Assembly (NCBI GenBank): GCA_029248885.1 | Contig: JAQWIL010000030.1 | Location: 1,431-65,430 of the forward strand | Length of the DNA: 64,000 nt | From: Flavobacteriaceae bacterium | GTDB lineage: Bacteria > Bacteroidota > Bacteroidia > Flavobacteriales > Flavobacteriaceae | Direction of reading: 5' to 3' | Shown here: positions 51,742 through 60,820 of the stretch, one piece after another | Layout of the letters: every line of letters starts with the position of its first letter | Numbering within the stretch: position 1 is the first letter of the stretch | Program-made: the position numbers and the translations under genes | Notes under the pieces: model-generated | What the model was told of the DNA's origin: nothing | Database searches by the model: none | The model's input: only the letters and a program-made list of their open reading frames with translations

Positions 51742-53403
51742 TTATTTTTTGGACCAATTGTCTCGTAATCCAACAGTTCGATTAAAAATGGTGTTGGTTT
51801 CCGTGCTGTCTGGATCGACCACATAGTATCCTTGGCGTTGGAATTGATAATTCTTGCCTGGAAGTGGCTCACCAATGTTTGGTTCGATAAAAGCCTGCTG
51901 TTCAGTCAATGAGTTTTCATTTAAAAAGCTTGTAAAGTCGGCATCTTTGTGACCGTCAGGGTTGGGTTCGGAGAACAATCGGTCGTAATTTCTAACTTGT
52001 ATTTGGTGGGCGTGTTTTTCTGAAACCCAATGTAGAGTTCCTTTCACTTTCCGTTGACTTTCTTCTGTTCCACTTCCGCTTTTACTTAAAGGGTCATAGG
52101 TACAAAAAACGGTTGTGATTTTTCCGTTATTGTCTTTTTCAACTGTCTCAGCTTTGATAATAAATGCGTTTTTTAGGCGTACTTCCTTACCTAGTTTTAA
52201 ACGGAAAAACTTGCGGTTTGCTTCTTCGCGAAAATCTTCTTGCTCAATCAAAATGGTTTTAGAAAATGGCAGTTCGCGACTTCCTGCTGCTGGATCTTCG
52301 GGATTGTTTTCAGCGGCTAACCACTCCTCCTGACCATCCGGATAATTTGTAATGACAACGCGTAAAGGGTTGAGAACGGCCATAATTCGCGGTGCAATTT
52401 TATTCAAGTCTTCTCGTATGCAAAACTCTAATAAAGAAACATCAATAAGGTTCTCTCGCTTTGCCACCCCCACGGCCTGAATAAAGTTTTTTAGTGATGC
52501 TGCTGTGTATCCTCTTCTGCGCAAACCACTGATGGTTGGCATTCGCGGGTCGTCCCATCCTGAAACGGTTTTGTTTTGAACGAGCTGCATTAATTTACGC
52601 TTACTCGTGACGGTATAATTGAGATTCATACGCGCAAACTCTCTTTGTTTTGGGGCAAAACCTGTCGTATATATTTCGGTTAGGAAGGCCTCATAGAGAT
52701 CACGGTGGGGCTTAAATTCTAAAGAGCACAAGGAGTGTGAAATCTTTTCGATGTAATCCGACTGTCCGTGTGTCCAATCATACATCGGGTAGATACACCA
52801 TTGATCACCTGTTCGGTGGTGAGATTGAAATAAAATTCGATACATAACAGGGTCACGGAGCAACATGTTTGGGGAGCTCATGTCGCCCTTAAATCGCAAA
52901 ACATGACTTCCTTCTTTGTGTTTCCCTGCTTTCATTTCGGTAAAAAGAAGTATGTTTTCTTCTGTAGATCTTGTGCGGTACGGGCTGTCTTCCCCTGCTT
53001 GGGTTGGTGTTCCTTTTTGCTTTGCGATTTCTTCCGATGTTTGCGAATCGACATAAGCTTTTCCTGACTTGATTAGGTCAACAGCCCAATCATACAGGGT
53101 TTGAAAATAGTCGGACGCATAGCATTCTTTGTCCCAGCGATAGCCCAACCATTGAATGTCTTTTTTTATGGCATCGACATAGAGTTGTTCTTCAGCCGCA
53201 GGGTTGGTGTCATCAAACCGAAGATTTACAGGGGCGTTATATGACAGGCCTAAACCAAAATTGATACAGATTGCCTTTACGTGACCAATGTGTAAAAATC
53301 CATTCGGTTCGGGTGGAAAACGAAAACGTAAGGACTCTAGAGAAAGGCCTTGCGCTAAATCTTCATCGACTATGTGTTCAATAAAGTTTTTCGATGGGTT
53401 CAC
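51742..53403 (-). CDS. glnS: Glutamine--tRNA ligase
   Basis: RFPPEPNGFLHIGH (HIGH) and VTSKRKL (KMSKS-like); 553 aa. GTG start 17 nt downstream of a -7 box. Confidence 0.95.
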   Translation of the reverse strand: MNPSKNFIEHIVDEDLAQGLSLESLRFRFPPEPNGFLHIGHVKAICINFGLGLSYNAPVNLRFDDTNPAAEEQLYVDAIKKDIQWLGYRWDKECYASDYFQTLYDWAVDLIKSGKAYVDSQTSEEIAKQKGTPTQAGEDSPYRTRSTEENILLFTEMKAGKHKEGSHVLRFKGDMSSPNMLLRDPVMYRILFQSHHRTGDQWCIYPMYDWTHGQSDYIEKISHSLCSLEFKPHRDLYEAFLTEIYTTGFAPKQREFARMNLNYTVTSKRKLMQLVQNKTVSGWDDPRMPTISGLRRRGYTAASLKNFIQAVGVAKRENLIDVSLLEFCIREDLNKIAPRIMAVLNPLRVVITNYPDGQEEWLAAENNPEDPAAGSRELPFSKTILIEQEDFREEANRKFFRLKLGKEVRLKNAFIIKAETVEKDNNGKITTVFCTYDPLSKSGSGTEESQRKVKGTLHWVSEKHAHQIQVRNYDRLFSEPNPDGHKDADFTSFLNENSLTEQQAFIEPNIGEPLPGKNYQFQRQGYYVVDPDSTETNTIFNRTVGLRDNWSKK

Positions 53404-53420
53404 GCTGTGTTTATTTGTGG

Positions 53421-53428
53421 CAAAGGTA
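53421..53428 (-). promoter_or_regulatory. -7 box (TACCTTTG) for glnS
   Basis: Exact match, 17 nt upstream of GTG 53403. Confidence 0.4.
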
Positions 53429-53461
53429 ATTAATTCACAATGGAAGAGCTGCTGTGTTTGT

Positions 53462-53469
53462 TATCTTTG
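53462..53469 (+). promoter_or_regulatory. -7 box (TATCTTTG) for folB
   Basis: Exact match, 12 nt upstream of ATG 53482. Confidence 0.4.
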
Positions 53470-53481
53470 CTAAAAATAAAT

Positions 53482-53832
53482 ATGGGCCAAATTTATTTAG
53501 AGAATATCCGTACATATAGCCACCACGGGTGTATGAAAGAGGAGACCGTTATTGGAAGTGAATATCGAGTTGACTTATGGGTGGATGCGGACTTGACAGC
53601 CGCTTCATCATCCGATGATTTAAGGGACACCCCGGATTATGTTGTCCTACATCAAATTGTTGTAGACGAAATGAAAATTCCTTCTCGTTTGTTGGAACAT
53701 GTTGCACAACGAATTATCAACCGAATCAGTTCTACCATTACTGGTTTGAGCCATATTCGGGTACGTGTCTCAAAAATCAACCCGCCTATCGGGGGTGATG
53801 TTCAGTCAGTATCTGTTTTGTTAGAGGGGTAA
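53482..53832 (+). CDS. folB: Dihydroneopterin aldolase
   Basis: IYLENIRTYSHHGCMKEETVIGSEYRVDLWV...SDDLRDTPDYVVL...LLEHVAQRI. Start re-set to ATG 53482. Confidence 0.8.
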   Translation: MGQIYLENIRTYSHHGCMKEETVIGSEYRVDLWVDADLTAASSSDDLRDTPDYVVLHQIVVDEMKIPSRLLEHVAQRIINRISSTITGLSHIRVRVSKINPPIGGDVQSVSVLLEG

Positions 53833-53859
53833 GGTGTTCCCTGGTTGATTAAAATAGCT

Positions 53860-53867
53860 TACTTTTG
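53860..53867 (+). promoter_or_regulatory. -7 box (TACTTTTG) for tRNA-Cys
   Basis: Exact match, 11 nt upstream of the mature tRNA 5' end. Confidence 0.4.
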
Positions 53868-53878
53868 CCATTGAATTT

Positions 53879-53949
53879 GGCACCGTGGCCGAGTGGCTAG
53901 GCAGAGCTCTGCAAAAGCTTGTACAGCGGTTCGAATCCGCTCGGTGCCT
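53879..53949 (+). tRNA. tRNA-Cys (anticodon GCA)
   Basis: Hand-folded cloverleaf. Acceptor GGCACCG/CGGTGCC, D arm GCC-GAGTGGCTA-GGC, anticodon stem GAGCT/AGCTT with loop CTGCAAA, T arm AGCGG-TTCGAAT-CCGCT, discriminator T. CCA is not encoded. Confidence 0.9.
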
Positions 53950-53955
53950 CTTTAT

Positions 53956-54627
53956 TTACTTCCATTGATTTATTGAGGGTAATAAAACGTCTGGCTCTGG
54001 CGCATAGAGGCCTTGGTAAATGAAATAGATTCCAAAGATGGCCAACAAAACACACACCGAAAGTCTGATTTTATAGATCACGGGGGGGGTAAGCGTTTTG
54101 CTTAACTGTTTGGCAAGGACGATTTTAACAAACCCAAGGATAAGATAACCAAGCATAACTGTTGAAAAGAAAACGATAATGCGACCGGATTCTAGTTCCA
54201 ATGTGGGTGCGATTGAAACAAGCAGCCCTAGCCAAAACAAAAAAGTTCCAACGTTGATGATGTTTAAGAAAAACCCTTTGATGAAATATGAAAATAAAAG
54301 AAATCCTTTCGGTTCTATGGGGTCGTTTTCGATGATTTCCTCTTTTTTTCGGATCGTTGTAATTGCGCTAATAATGGCATAAACCATCAACAATACTCCG
54401 CCAAGTATATATAAGTTTGGGTTGTCTTTGATGTCTGCTAAGAGGGATTTTGTGCCTAAGAAGGCAACAAGCACAAAGACTGCGTCTGCAAAAACCGCAC
54501 CCAAATCAATTAAAAATGCTGGTTTGATTCCTTTACTAATACTTGTTTCTAATATCAAAAAAAACAAGGGGCCTGTAGCAAAAATCAACAGAACCGAAAA
54601 TGGAAGTGCTGAAAGAACATCATTCAT
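53956..54627 (-). CDS. LysE/RhtB family amino-acid exporter
   Basis: 223 aa, about 6 TM helices, N-terminal ATGPLFFLILETSISKG pattern. Confidence 0.65.
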   Translation of the reverse strand: MNDVLSALPFSVLLIFATGPLFFLILETSISKGIKPAFLIDLGAVFADAVFVLVAFLGTKSLLADIKDNPNLYILGGVLLMVYAIISAITTIRKKEEIIENDPIEPKGFLLFSYFIKGFFLNIINVGTFLFWLGLLVSIAPTLELESGRIIVFFSTVMLGYLILGFVKIVLAKQLSKTLTPPVIYKIRLSVCVLLAIFGIYFIYQGLYAPEPDVLLPSINQWK

Positions 54628-55304
54628 TACTCTTCAATAGCTTTTGAAAAGAGGATAGACCCCCCAATCGTTTTGTTGTGAACTGTTTTTAGTGGTGCTC
54701 CATGAACTATGGCTACACCTCCAAACCGTGTTGTGAGATCAAATAAAGATGTTGCTTGTACCTTGCAGGATCCACCAAATGTGATCTGTGCAATGCTTTC
54801 TTTTGACAGGGTGTGCCGTGCATCCACTTTTCCACCTGATGATATGCGGATTTGTTGTTGTTCTACCTCTCCCCTCACAATAATTTTACCGCCTGTCTTT
54901 GCGGTGTAGTTTGCTTTTTTTGCAAATAGATTTAATTCGATTTCTGCTCCTTTCCTGCTACGAATATGTAATTCTTCTGTTTGGAGTGAGTCAAGAACGG
55001 AAAGATAAGCGCCACGGCTTACATCTATTTTTTTGATCTCACTGGAAAAAAACAACTCAATGTTTACATCAATTCCTTTTAAGCTTTGAAGGGGTTTCAT
55101 GGTGATATTAAGCTGACCGTCTTTATTTGTAAATGTTACGCCTTTTTCGTTTTCTCCTGTTATTGAAATTGCGTTTATTTCACCCGGTATCATTGTAACG
55201 TGTAGCCCATCTTTAATGATAAGTTCTGTAAACTCTCCTATCGTTTTTTGTTGGCAAAAAACGCTTACAGAAAACAAAAAGAAAATAAGCCAAAGGTTCT
55301 TCAT
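54627..55304 (-). CDS. Secreted beta-helix protein (DUF2807 / 'head GIN' domain-like)
   Basis: Signal peptide and repeated G..i.v.G pattern (ISITGENEKGVTF, KIIVRGEVEQQQIRISSGGKVDA). Confidence 0.5.
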   Translation of the reverse strand: MKNLWLIFFLFSVSVFCQQKTIGEFTELIIKDGLHVTMIPGEINAISITGENEKGVTFTNKDGQLNITMKPLQSLKGIDVNIELFFSSEIKKIDVSRGAYLSVLDSLQTEELHIRSRKGAEIELNLFAKKANYTAKTGGKIIVRGEVEQQQIRISSGGKVDARHTLSKESIAQITFGGSCKVQATSLFDLTTRFGGVAIVHGAPLKTVHNKTIGGSILFSKAIEE

Positions 55305-55318
55305 CGGTAAGCTTTATC

Positions 55319-55326
55319 CAAAATTA
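55319..55326 (-). promoter_or_regulatory. -7 box (TAATTTTG) for the DUF2807-like/LysE pair
   Basis: Exact match, 14 nt upstream of ATG 55304, within the 29-nt gap after the rnr stop. Confidence 0.4.
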
Positions 55327-55333
55327 CACAAAA

Positions 55334-57481
55334 CTAATCGTCTACAATCGATAAATCGACTTGTCGCTTGATTAAATCAGTTGCTACGATCGAGACATGA
55401 ACATTTTCTCCGAGTTGATACTCTTTTTTGGTTTTTTGACCTATTATCTTTAATTGGGCCGCATCATAATAATAGTAATCATCTGGTAAGTCTTGTATGC
55501 GAACAAAGCCTTCGCATTTGCTGTCCACTAATTCAATAAAAACGCCTCTCTCTGTCACTCCCGAAATTGATCCTTTTTGTGTTGAACCAATATGCTTTGA
55601 AATATACTTGACTTGCATGTATTTAATGGAATCGCGCTCGGCTTTGGTGGCGAGAATTTCCTGGTCTGTACAGTGCTTTAATTGTTGCTCTAGGTCGTCT
55701 GTTTTTGGAGGGGTTTTTTGGGTAAGATAATGCTGTAATAAACGATGTACAATTACGTCAGGATATCGCCGTATCGGAGACGTGAAATGAGTATAATGTG
55801 AAAAATGTAGACCGTAATGTCCAATATTTTGTGTCGTATAAATCGCTTTACTCATGCTTCTGATTGCAAGTGTATCGAGTAGATTTTTTTCGGGCTTTTT
55901 ATCGATTTGTTGGAGCAGTGAATTGATTGATTTTGCAATTGTGTTTGGCGTGTTTAAGTTGAGTTTGTAGCCGAGACCAAAAGCGATTCTTGTAAATTGA
56001 GCTAGCTTTTCTTCGTCGGGTTCATCGTGGACACGATATACAAAAGGAGGAGCTTGTTTACGATTGCCGATATAAGTTGCTACCGATTCATTTGCGAGAA
56101 GCATAAACTCTTCTATCAAGTGATTTGCTGCTTTACTTTCTTTTAATAAAACTGCTTTTGGGTTGTTTTGGTCATCTAAGTCAAAACGAACTTCTTGCTT
56201 GTTAAAATTGATAGCACCGTTTTTAAGTCGGTTTTTTCTTCTAGTAGATGCGATGATTTGTAGGTGCTGAATAGCTTGAAAAACATCCTCGTTGACTGTA
56301 TATTCTGTTGATGTTAGGGAAATCTCTGATGGGATTGTTTTGGATTCTGAAGAAATCATATGTTGCGCTTCTTCATAAGCAAAGCGGGCGTTTGATAAAA
56401 TCACTGTTTTACCATACCATTCTGACTTTACTTCTCCTGCGGAGGTGATTTCAAAAACAGCAGAAAACGTTAACTTTTCTTCATTTGGCCGAAGTGAACA
56501 TATTTGATTCGATAATTTCTCTGGCAACATCGGAATTACCCGATCAACTAAATATATCGATGTTGCTCTTTGGTATGCTTCTTTATCTAGTACATTTCCT
56601 GGTTGAACATAATGAGAAACATCCGCAATATGAATACCAACCTCAAACAAATCTTTTGAAACAGTATTGAAAGAGATCGCATCATCAAAATCTTTCGCGT
56701 CCTTTGGGTCAATGGTAAACGTCAAGACATCTCGGATGTCACGGCGCGCTGCGATTTCCTCTTTTGTAATCTCTGTTTTAAGATCCAGAGCATAGTCCTC
56801 GATCTCTTTGTTAAAATTCCATGGTAAACCGTGGGTCGCCATTATGGAATGAATTTCTGTTTCGTGGTTTCCTGGAATTCCTAGAATTTCTTTGACGACA
56901 GCCTGTGGATAGTTGGATTTCCGTTTCCATTCTTGTATTGAAACCAAAACACAATCTCCAAGCTTTGCTTTTCCTATGTTTTCTTTTGACAATAAAAAAG
57001 GGAGATTGATATTTTTCGGTTGTACCGAAAAACCATCTTCAAATTTTTCGATAACCCCAACATATTGTGTTTTTTTTCTTTGAATAACACCGACAACAGA
57101 ACCTTGTTTTCTTCGCTTTCCTTTTGATGATACAATTTTAAAAGAAACCGTATCACCATGAAATGCCTTATTAAAATGTCGCCGATCAATAAACACATCA
57201 TCCACAAACTCATCTGAAATGAGATATCCATTACCTTGACTATTTACATCTAAAATTCCTTGATGATGATGAGAGGGGGGTTTAATAAAATACTTTCCTT
57301 TTCCTTGTTCTTCAATAACCCCGTTGGTTTTTAATTTTTTTAAAGATTTAGCGACATGGTTTCTTCCGCTTGGATCATGAATTGACAAACGACTACAAAT
57401 CTGTTTGTAGTTAAGTGGGCTTCCATTTTGTTGAGTCAAAATGTTGAGAATCGAGTCTTTTGTTATGTGTTTTTTTCCCAT
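55334..57481 (-). CDS. rnr: Ribonuclease R
   Basis: N-terminal wHTH/cold-shock-like region, RNB core (FTIDPKDAKDFDDAIS, HYGL...YTHFTSPIRRYPD) and a C-terminal S1 domain. Confidence 0.93.
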   Translation of the reverse strand: MGKKHITKDSILNILTQQNGSPLNYKQICSRLSIHDPSGRNHVAKSLKKLKTNGVIEEQGKGKYFIKPPSHHHQGILDVNSQGNGYLISDEFVDDVFIDRRHFNKAFHGDTVSFKIVSSKGKRRKQGSVVGVIQRKKTQYVGVIEKFEDGFSVQPKNINLPFLLSKENIGKAKLGDCVLVSIQEWKRKSNYPQAVVKEILGIPGNHETEIHSIMATHGLPWNFNKEIEDYALDLKTEITKEEIAARRDIRDVLTFTIDPKDAKDFDDAISFNTVSKDLFEVGIHIADVSHYVQPGNVLDKEAYQRATSIYLVDRVIPMLPEKLSNQICSLRPNEEKLTFSAVFEITSAGEVKSEWYGKTVILSNARFAYEEAQHMISSESKTIPSEISLTSTEYTVNEDVFQAIQHLQIIASTRRKNRLKNGAINFNKQEVRFDLDDQNNPKAVLLKESKAANHLIEEFMLLANESVATYIGNRKQAPPFVYRVHDEPDEEKLAQFTRIAFGLGYKLNLNTPNTIAKSINSLLQQIDKKPEKNLLDTLAIRSMSKAIYTTQNIGHYGLHFSHYTHFTSPIRRYPDVIVHRLLQHYLTQKTPPKTDDLEQQLKHCTDQEILATKAERDSIKYMQVKYISKHIGSTQKGSISGVTERGVFIELVDSKCEGFVRIQDLPDDYYYYDAAQLKIIGQKTKKEYQLGENVHVSIVATDLIKRQVDLSIVDD

Positions 57482-57731
57482 GCTTTAGAAGATGCAATTT
57501 AGAACTTTAAATCTTGAACTAATTAAAAGCTTTTGTGAATTATCAACTTTATTATATTTATCATTATTATCTTACTTTTAAAAAAAATATTTAAGTGATT
57601 ATAATAGCTTGTTAATATCTACGATAACTCTAATTTTCCTTCTTATATTAGTTGTTTATAACTCAGAAAATTATGTTTAAAACATGTCAGTTAAAAACAA
57701 CAAAACAACAAAAAACACAGAAAAAGGAAAC

Positions 57732-57771
57732 CTTGTTGATAACCCTGAGTTTATAAACATTTTTATCAACA
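57732..57771. repeat. 10-bp perfect inverted repeat TTGTTGATAA-N20-TTATCAACAA in the rnr/rpiB divergent intergenic region
   Basis: Read directly from the sequence. The right arm ends 11 nt upstream of the rpiB -7 box. Confidence 0.9.
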
Positions 57772-57782
57772 AAAAAGTTAGC

Positions 57783-57790
57783 TAATTTTG
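57783..57790 (+). promoter_or_regulatory. -7 box (TAATTTTG) for rpiB
   Basis: Exact match, 6 nt upstream of ATG 57797 and 15 nt upstream of ATG 57806. Confidence 0.35.
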
Positions 57791-57796
57791 TGACAA

Positions 57797-58234
57797 ATGA
57801 AACCCATGAATATTTCTATCGGCAACGATCACGCAGGAACAAAATATAAGTTAGAATTACTCTCTTATTTAAAAAAACAAGGTCACACCATCATCAATCA
57901 CGGAACGGATAAAGAAGATAGTATGGATTATCCTGATACGATTCACCCTGTTGCCGAGGATGTTTCTAGTCACAAAGTTGATATCGGTATTATCATCTGT
58001 GGTAGTGGAAACGGTGCAAATATGACGGCAAACAAACACAAAAGTATACGTTCTGCTCTTTGTTGGAACACTAATATTGCCGCTTTAGCTCGTCAGCACA
58101 ACAACGCCAACATTTTAAGTTTACCCGCCCGCTTTATTTCATTAGAAGAAGCAAAAGAAATTGTTGATCTTTTTTTATCAACTGAGTTTGAAGGAGGAAG
58201 ACACCAACGAAGAATCGAAAAAATTGACACATGA
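57797..58234 (+). CDS. rpiB: Ribose-5-phosphate isomerase B
   Basis: ISIGNDHAG and ICGSGNGANMTANK motifs. The start may be ATG 57797 or ATG 57806. Confidence 0.9.
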   Translation: MKPMNISIGNDHAGTKYKLELLSYLKKQGHTIINHGTDKEDSMDYPDTIHPVAEDVSSHKVDIGIIICGSGNGANMTANKHKSIRSALCWNTNIAALARQHNNANILSLPARFISLEEAKEIVDLFLSTEFEGGRHQRRIEKIDT

Positions 58235-58692
58235 AACTCGATTGGAGAATATACGACTGGAGTGAAATCACAACAGATATTTTGTATTCTATCCTTGCAT
58301 TGCGGTCTGAGGTATTCGTTGTAGAACAAGATTGTGTTTATCAAGACATAGATGGTAATGATCAGAAAGCAAAGCACGTGTTGGGTTATGACAAAGGCCT
58401 GTTAGTTGCCCACAGCCGTCTTCTGAAGCCAGGGGATTATTTTAACCAACATTCTTTTGGTCGAGCAGTGGTTAAAAAATCACATCGTGGCTTGGGGTTA
58501 GGCGATGAACTTGTAAAGCGTTCCATCAAAGAGCTAGGAGCACAAACGGAAATAAAAATTTCTGCCCAATACCATCTCGTAAAACTATATCAAAACCATG
58601 GCTTTGTTTCTGTCGGTGATACTTATCTTGAAGATGGCATTCCCCATATTGCTATGTTTCGCAATCCCTCCACTTCGCAAGTAGCGCTGTAA
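58231..58692 (+). CDS. GNAT family N-acetyltransferase (ElaA-like)
   Basis: LYSILALRSEVFVVEQDCVYQDIDGND...RGLGLGDELV. ATGA overlap with rpiB. Confidence 0.75.
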   Translation: MKLDWRIYDWSEITTDILYSILALRSEVFVVEQDCVYQDIDGNDQKAKHVLGYDKGLLVAHSRLLKPGDYFNQHSFGRAVVKKSHRGLGLGDELVKRSIKELGAQTEIKISAQYHLVKLYQNHGFVSVGDTYLEDGIPHIAMFRNPSTSQVAL

Positions 58693-59002
58693 AAGCACGA
58701 TAAATTTCGTTACTGCTTTTTACTTCTTTTTTGGTATAAAGAAAATAACCGACTCCACAGAAAGAATTACCGAGTATATGTTTTTGTAGCCGAAAAGACT
58801 CTCTCATTCTTCGTTTGAGTAAGTTTCTTGTAACAGCGGTTGCGTGTAGTCGTTTCGGAGCAGAAAAACCAACTTTAAATTCGACTTGGCTTTGGATGTA
58901 TTTTAACGTAATTCCACCAGAAGAAATGTTTTTTCCTGACTCAAATAACGTTTGTAGTTGCGTTTCGTTTGTGATCCGCATTTGTTTAGGAAAAGAAGCC
59001 AT
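58652..59002 (-). CDS. rnpA: Ribonuclease P protein component
   Basis: FPKQMRITNETQLQTLFESGK...AVTRNLLKRRMRESFRL (RNR motif region); 116 aa. Confidence 0.8.
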   Translation of the reverse strand: MASFPKQMRITNETQLQTLFESGKNISSGGITLKYIQSQVEFKVGFSAPKRLHATAVTRNLLKRRMRESFRLQKHILGNSFCGVGYFLYTKKEVKSSNEIYRAFTALLAKWRDCET

Positions 59003-60807
59003 TATTCTAAGGTGTAAATATCATTATTTGGATTTACATCTGCTTTAAGCCCTGTTGGATTCAATCGAACAACCTTTATTTCAGCCGAAGGTTTTTCGAT
59101 TTCAAATTGATAGGTTGGGTTTGCCCAAGACCAATCACTTAACGTAGTGACTTTTTGATCCAAAAACGTCTTTTCCCCCCGCATCATTTGTAAAGGAATA
59201 TAGTAATAATAAACAGATCCATCATTGGCTTCTACATATACCTCAACAGGCATCGGTAGATTACCAATACGCTCTAAAGTGATTTTCGTTTTTTGGTCTT
59301 CCTCCTCAACTTGCTGAATACCATAATCAATGGTGTTTGTAGTGCGAACCCAGTCGTTGAGATACCATTCAAGCTGGACTCCAGAAACCTTTTCCGCAAT
59401 ACGCTTAAAATCGTTTGGTGTGGGATGACTAAATTTAAACACCTCATAATATCTTTTTATCGTTTTCCGGAGGTTGTTTGCACCAATAATATACCCAAGC
59501 TGAGCGAGGAAAACAGCACCCTTTGAATAGCTAGCAACCCCATAAGCAAAGTTATATTGGAACCGATCAGCGTGTGTTGTTAAGGGCTCCTCAACACCAG
59601 AATTCACAAGTTGATAATAGTCATTATAAAAATTGGAATACGGTTCTTTTGTCCCTAGGATCGCGGACTCACAAAGCATATCGTAAAAAGACGTAAAGCC
59701 CTCATCCATCCAAGCGTATTTTGCCTCATTGGTGCCTAACAAGTGATGAAACCAACTGTGTGCCAACTCATGTGCTGTCACCCCAAACAAACTTTTATAC
59801 TCCCGTTCTCCAGTGATGAGCGTGCACATGGGATATTCCATTCCGCCGTCTCCTCCTTGAATAACAGAGTATTGTTTGTAAAGGTATTCACCGATGTTAT
59901 CATTAAAAAAAGCCAGCATTTTAGCAGTATCTCCTTGGAGCTGTTTCCAATTGTCCTGAATATCGGGATTGTTGAGGTAGAAGAAATGAAGCTCGACATC
60001 ACCTGGACCCGAAATCATGTCGTGTATAAAATCCGGATCAGCAGCCCAAGCAAAATCATGAACCATTGGCGCAACAAAATGCCACGTCAAGGTTTCGTCC
60101 TCTGATTTTTTTACTTTTTCCGCATATCCATGACCGATTTCTTCAGGGTTTTGGAGGTAACCTGTCCCACCAATTACGTAGTTGCGATCAATCGTGATGG
60201 ACACATCAAAATCACCCCAAACCCCATGAAACTCACGCCCGACATACGGATTTGGATGCCAACCGTCTTTATCATATTCAACCAATTTTGGATACCATTG
60301 TGTCATAGAAAGATCAACCCCCTCTTTATTGTTCCGCCCACTCCGGCGAATTTGTACAGGAACCTGCCCCTCAAAAACCATATCCAAAACAGTAGAACCC
60401 CCAGGAAGTAAGGGTGTAGCCAACTCAACAACCAAAATGGTTTCTTCTGCCGTATGGCTCACAACTAACCCGTCTTGCGCAATTTTTTTCACGTGTAAAA
60501 ACCCGATTTCGTCATCCTTGAGTTTGCTGATTCTGGCGCCAACCCGCGGATCGGGGTCTTTGATGGTTCTCGATCGCACATCCATATCACTGCCTGGCTG
60601 AAAAGCATTGAAATACAAGTGGTAAAAAACTTTGGACAGGGTGTCGGGTGAATGGTTGGTATAAGTGAGTTGTTGTGTTCCGTTGTATCGAAATGTTTCC
60701 ACATCCATATGGACGTCCATCACATAATCAACTTCCTGTTGCCAGTACCCCGCATAGGGAGATTGCGCAAAAGAAAACGTGCATAAAAGTAAAATAAGGT
60801 GTTTCAT
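59002..60807 (-). CDS. M1 family zinc metallopeptidase (aminopeptidase N-like), secreted
   Basis: HELAHSWFHHLLGTNEAKYAWMDEGFTSF (HExxH-18-E) and the signal peptide MKHLILLLCTFSFAQS. Start re-set to ATG 60807. Confidence 0.85.
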   Translation of the reverse strand: MKHLILLLCTFSFAQSPYAGYWQQEVDYVMDVHMDVETFRYNGTQQLTYTNHSPDTLSKVFYHLYFNAFQPGSDMDVRSRTIKDPDPRVGARISKLKDDEIGFLHVKKIAQDGLVVSHTAEETILVVELATPLLPGGSTVLDMVFEGQVPVQIRRSGRNNKEGVDLSMTQWYPKLVEYDKDGWHPNPYVGREFHGVWGDFDVSITIDRNYVIGGTGYLQNPEEIGHGYAEKVKKSEDETLTWHFVAPMVHDFAWAADPDFIHDMISGPGDVELHFFYLNNPDIQDNWKQLQGDTAKMLAFFNDNIGEYLYKQYSVIQGGDGGMEYPMCTLITGEREYKSLFGVTAHELAHSWFHHLLGTNEAKYAWMDEGFTSFYDMLCESAILGTKEPYSNFYNDYYQLVNSGVEEPLTTHADRFQYNFAYGVASYSKGAVFLAQLGYIIGANNLRKTIKRYYEVFKFSHPTPNDFKRIAEKVSGVQLEWYLNDWVRTTNTIDYGIQQVEEEDQKTKITLERIGNLPMPVEVYVEANDGSVYYYYIPLQMMRGEKTFLDQKVTTLSDWSWANPTYQFEIEKPSAEIKVVRLNPTGLKADVNPNNDIYTLE

Positions 60808-60820
60808 AACAAGATTCAAG

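Noticed and set aside
57673-57738. A 21-codon Lys/Thr/Gln-rich small ORF (MFKTCQLKTTKQQKTQKRKPC) in the rnr/rpiB intergenic region.
   Set aside because: It is a low-complexity product of an A-rich spacer with no promoter box in front. Nothing supports translation.
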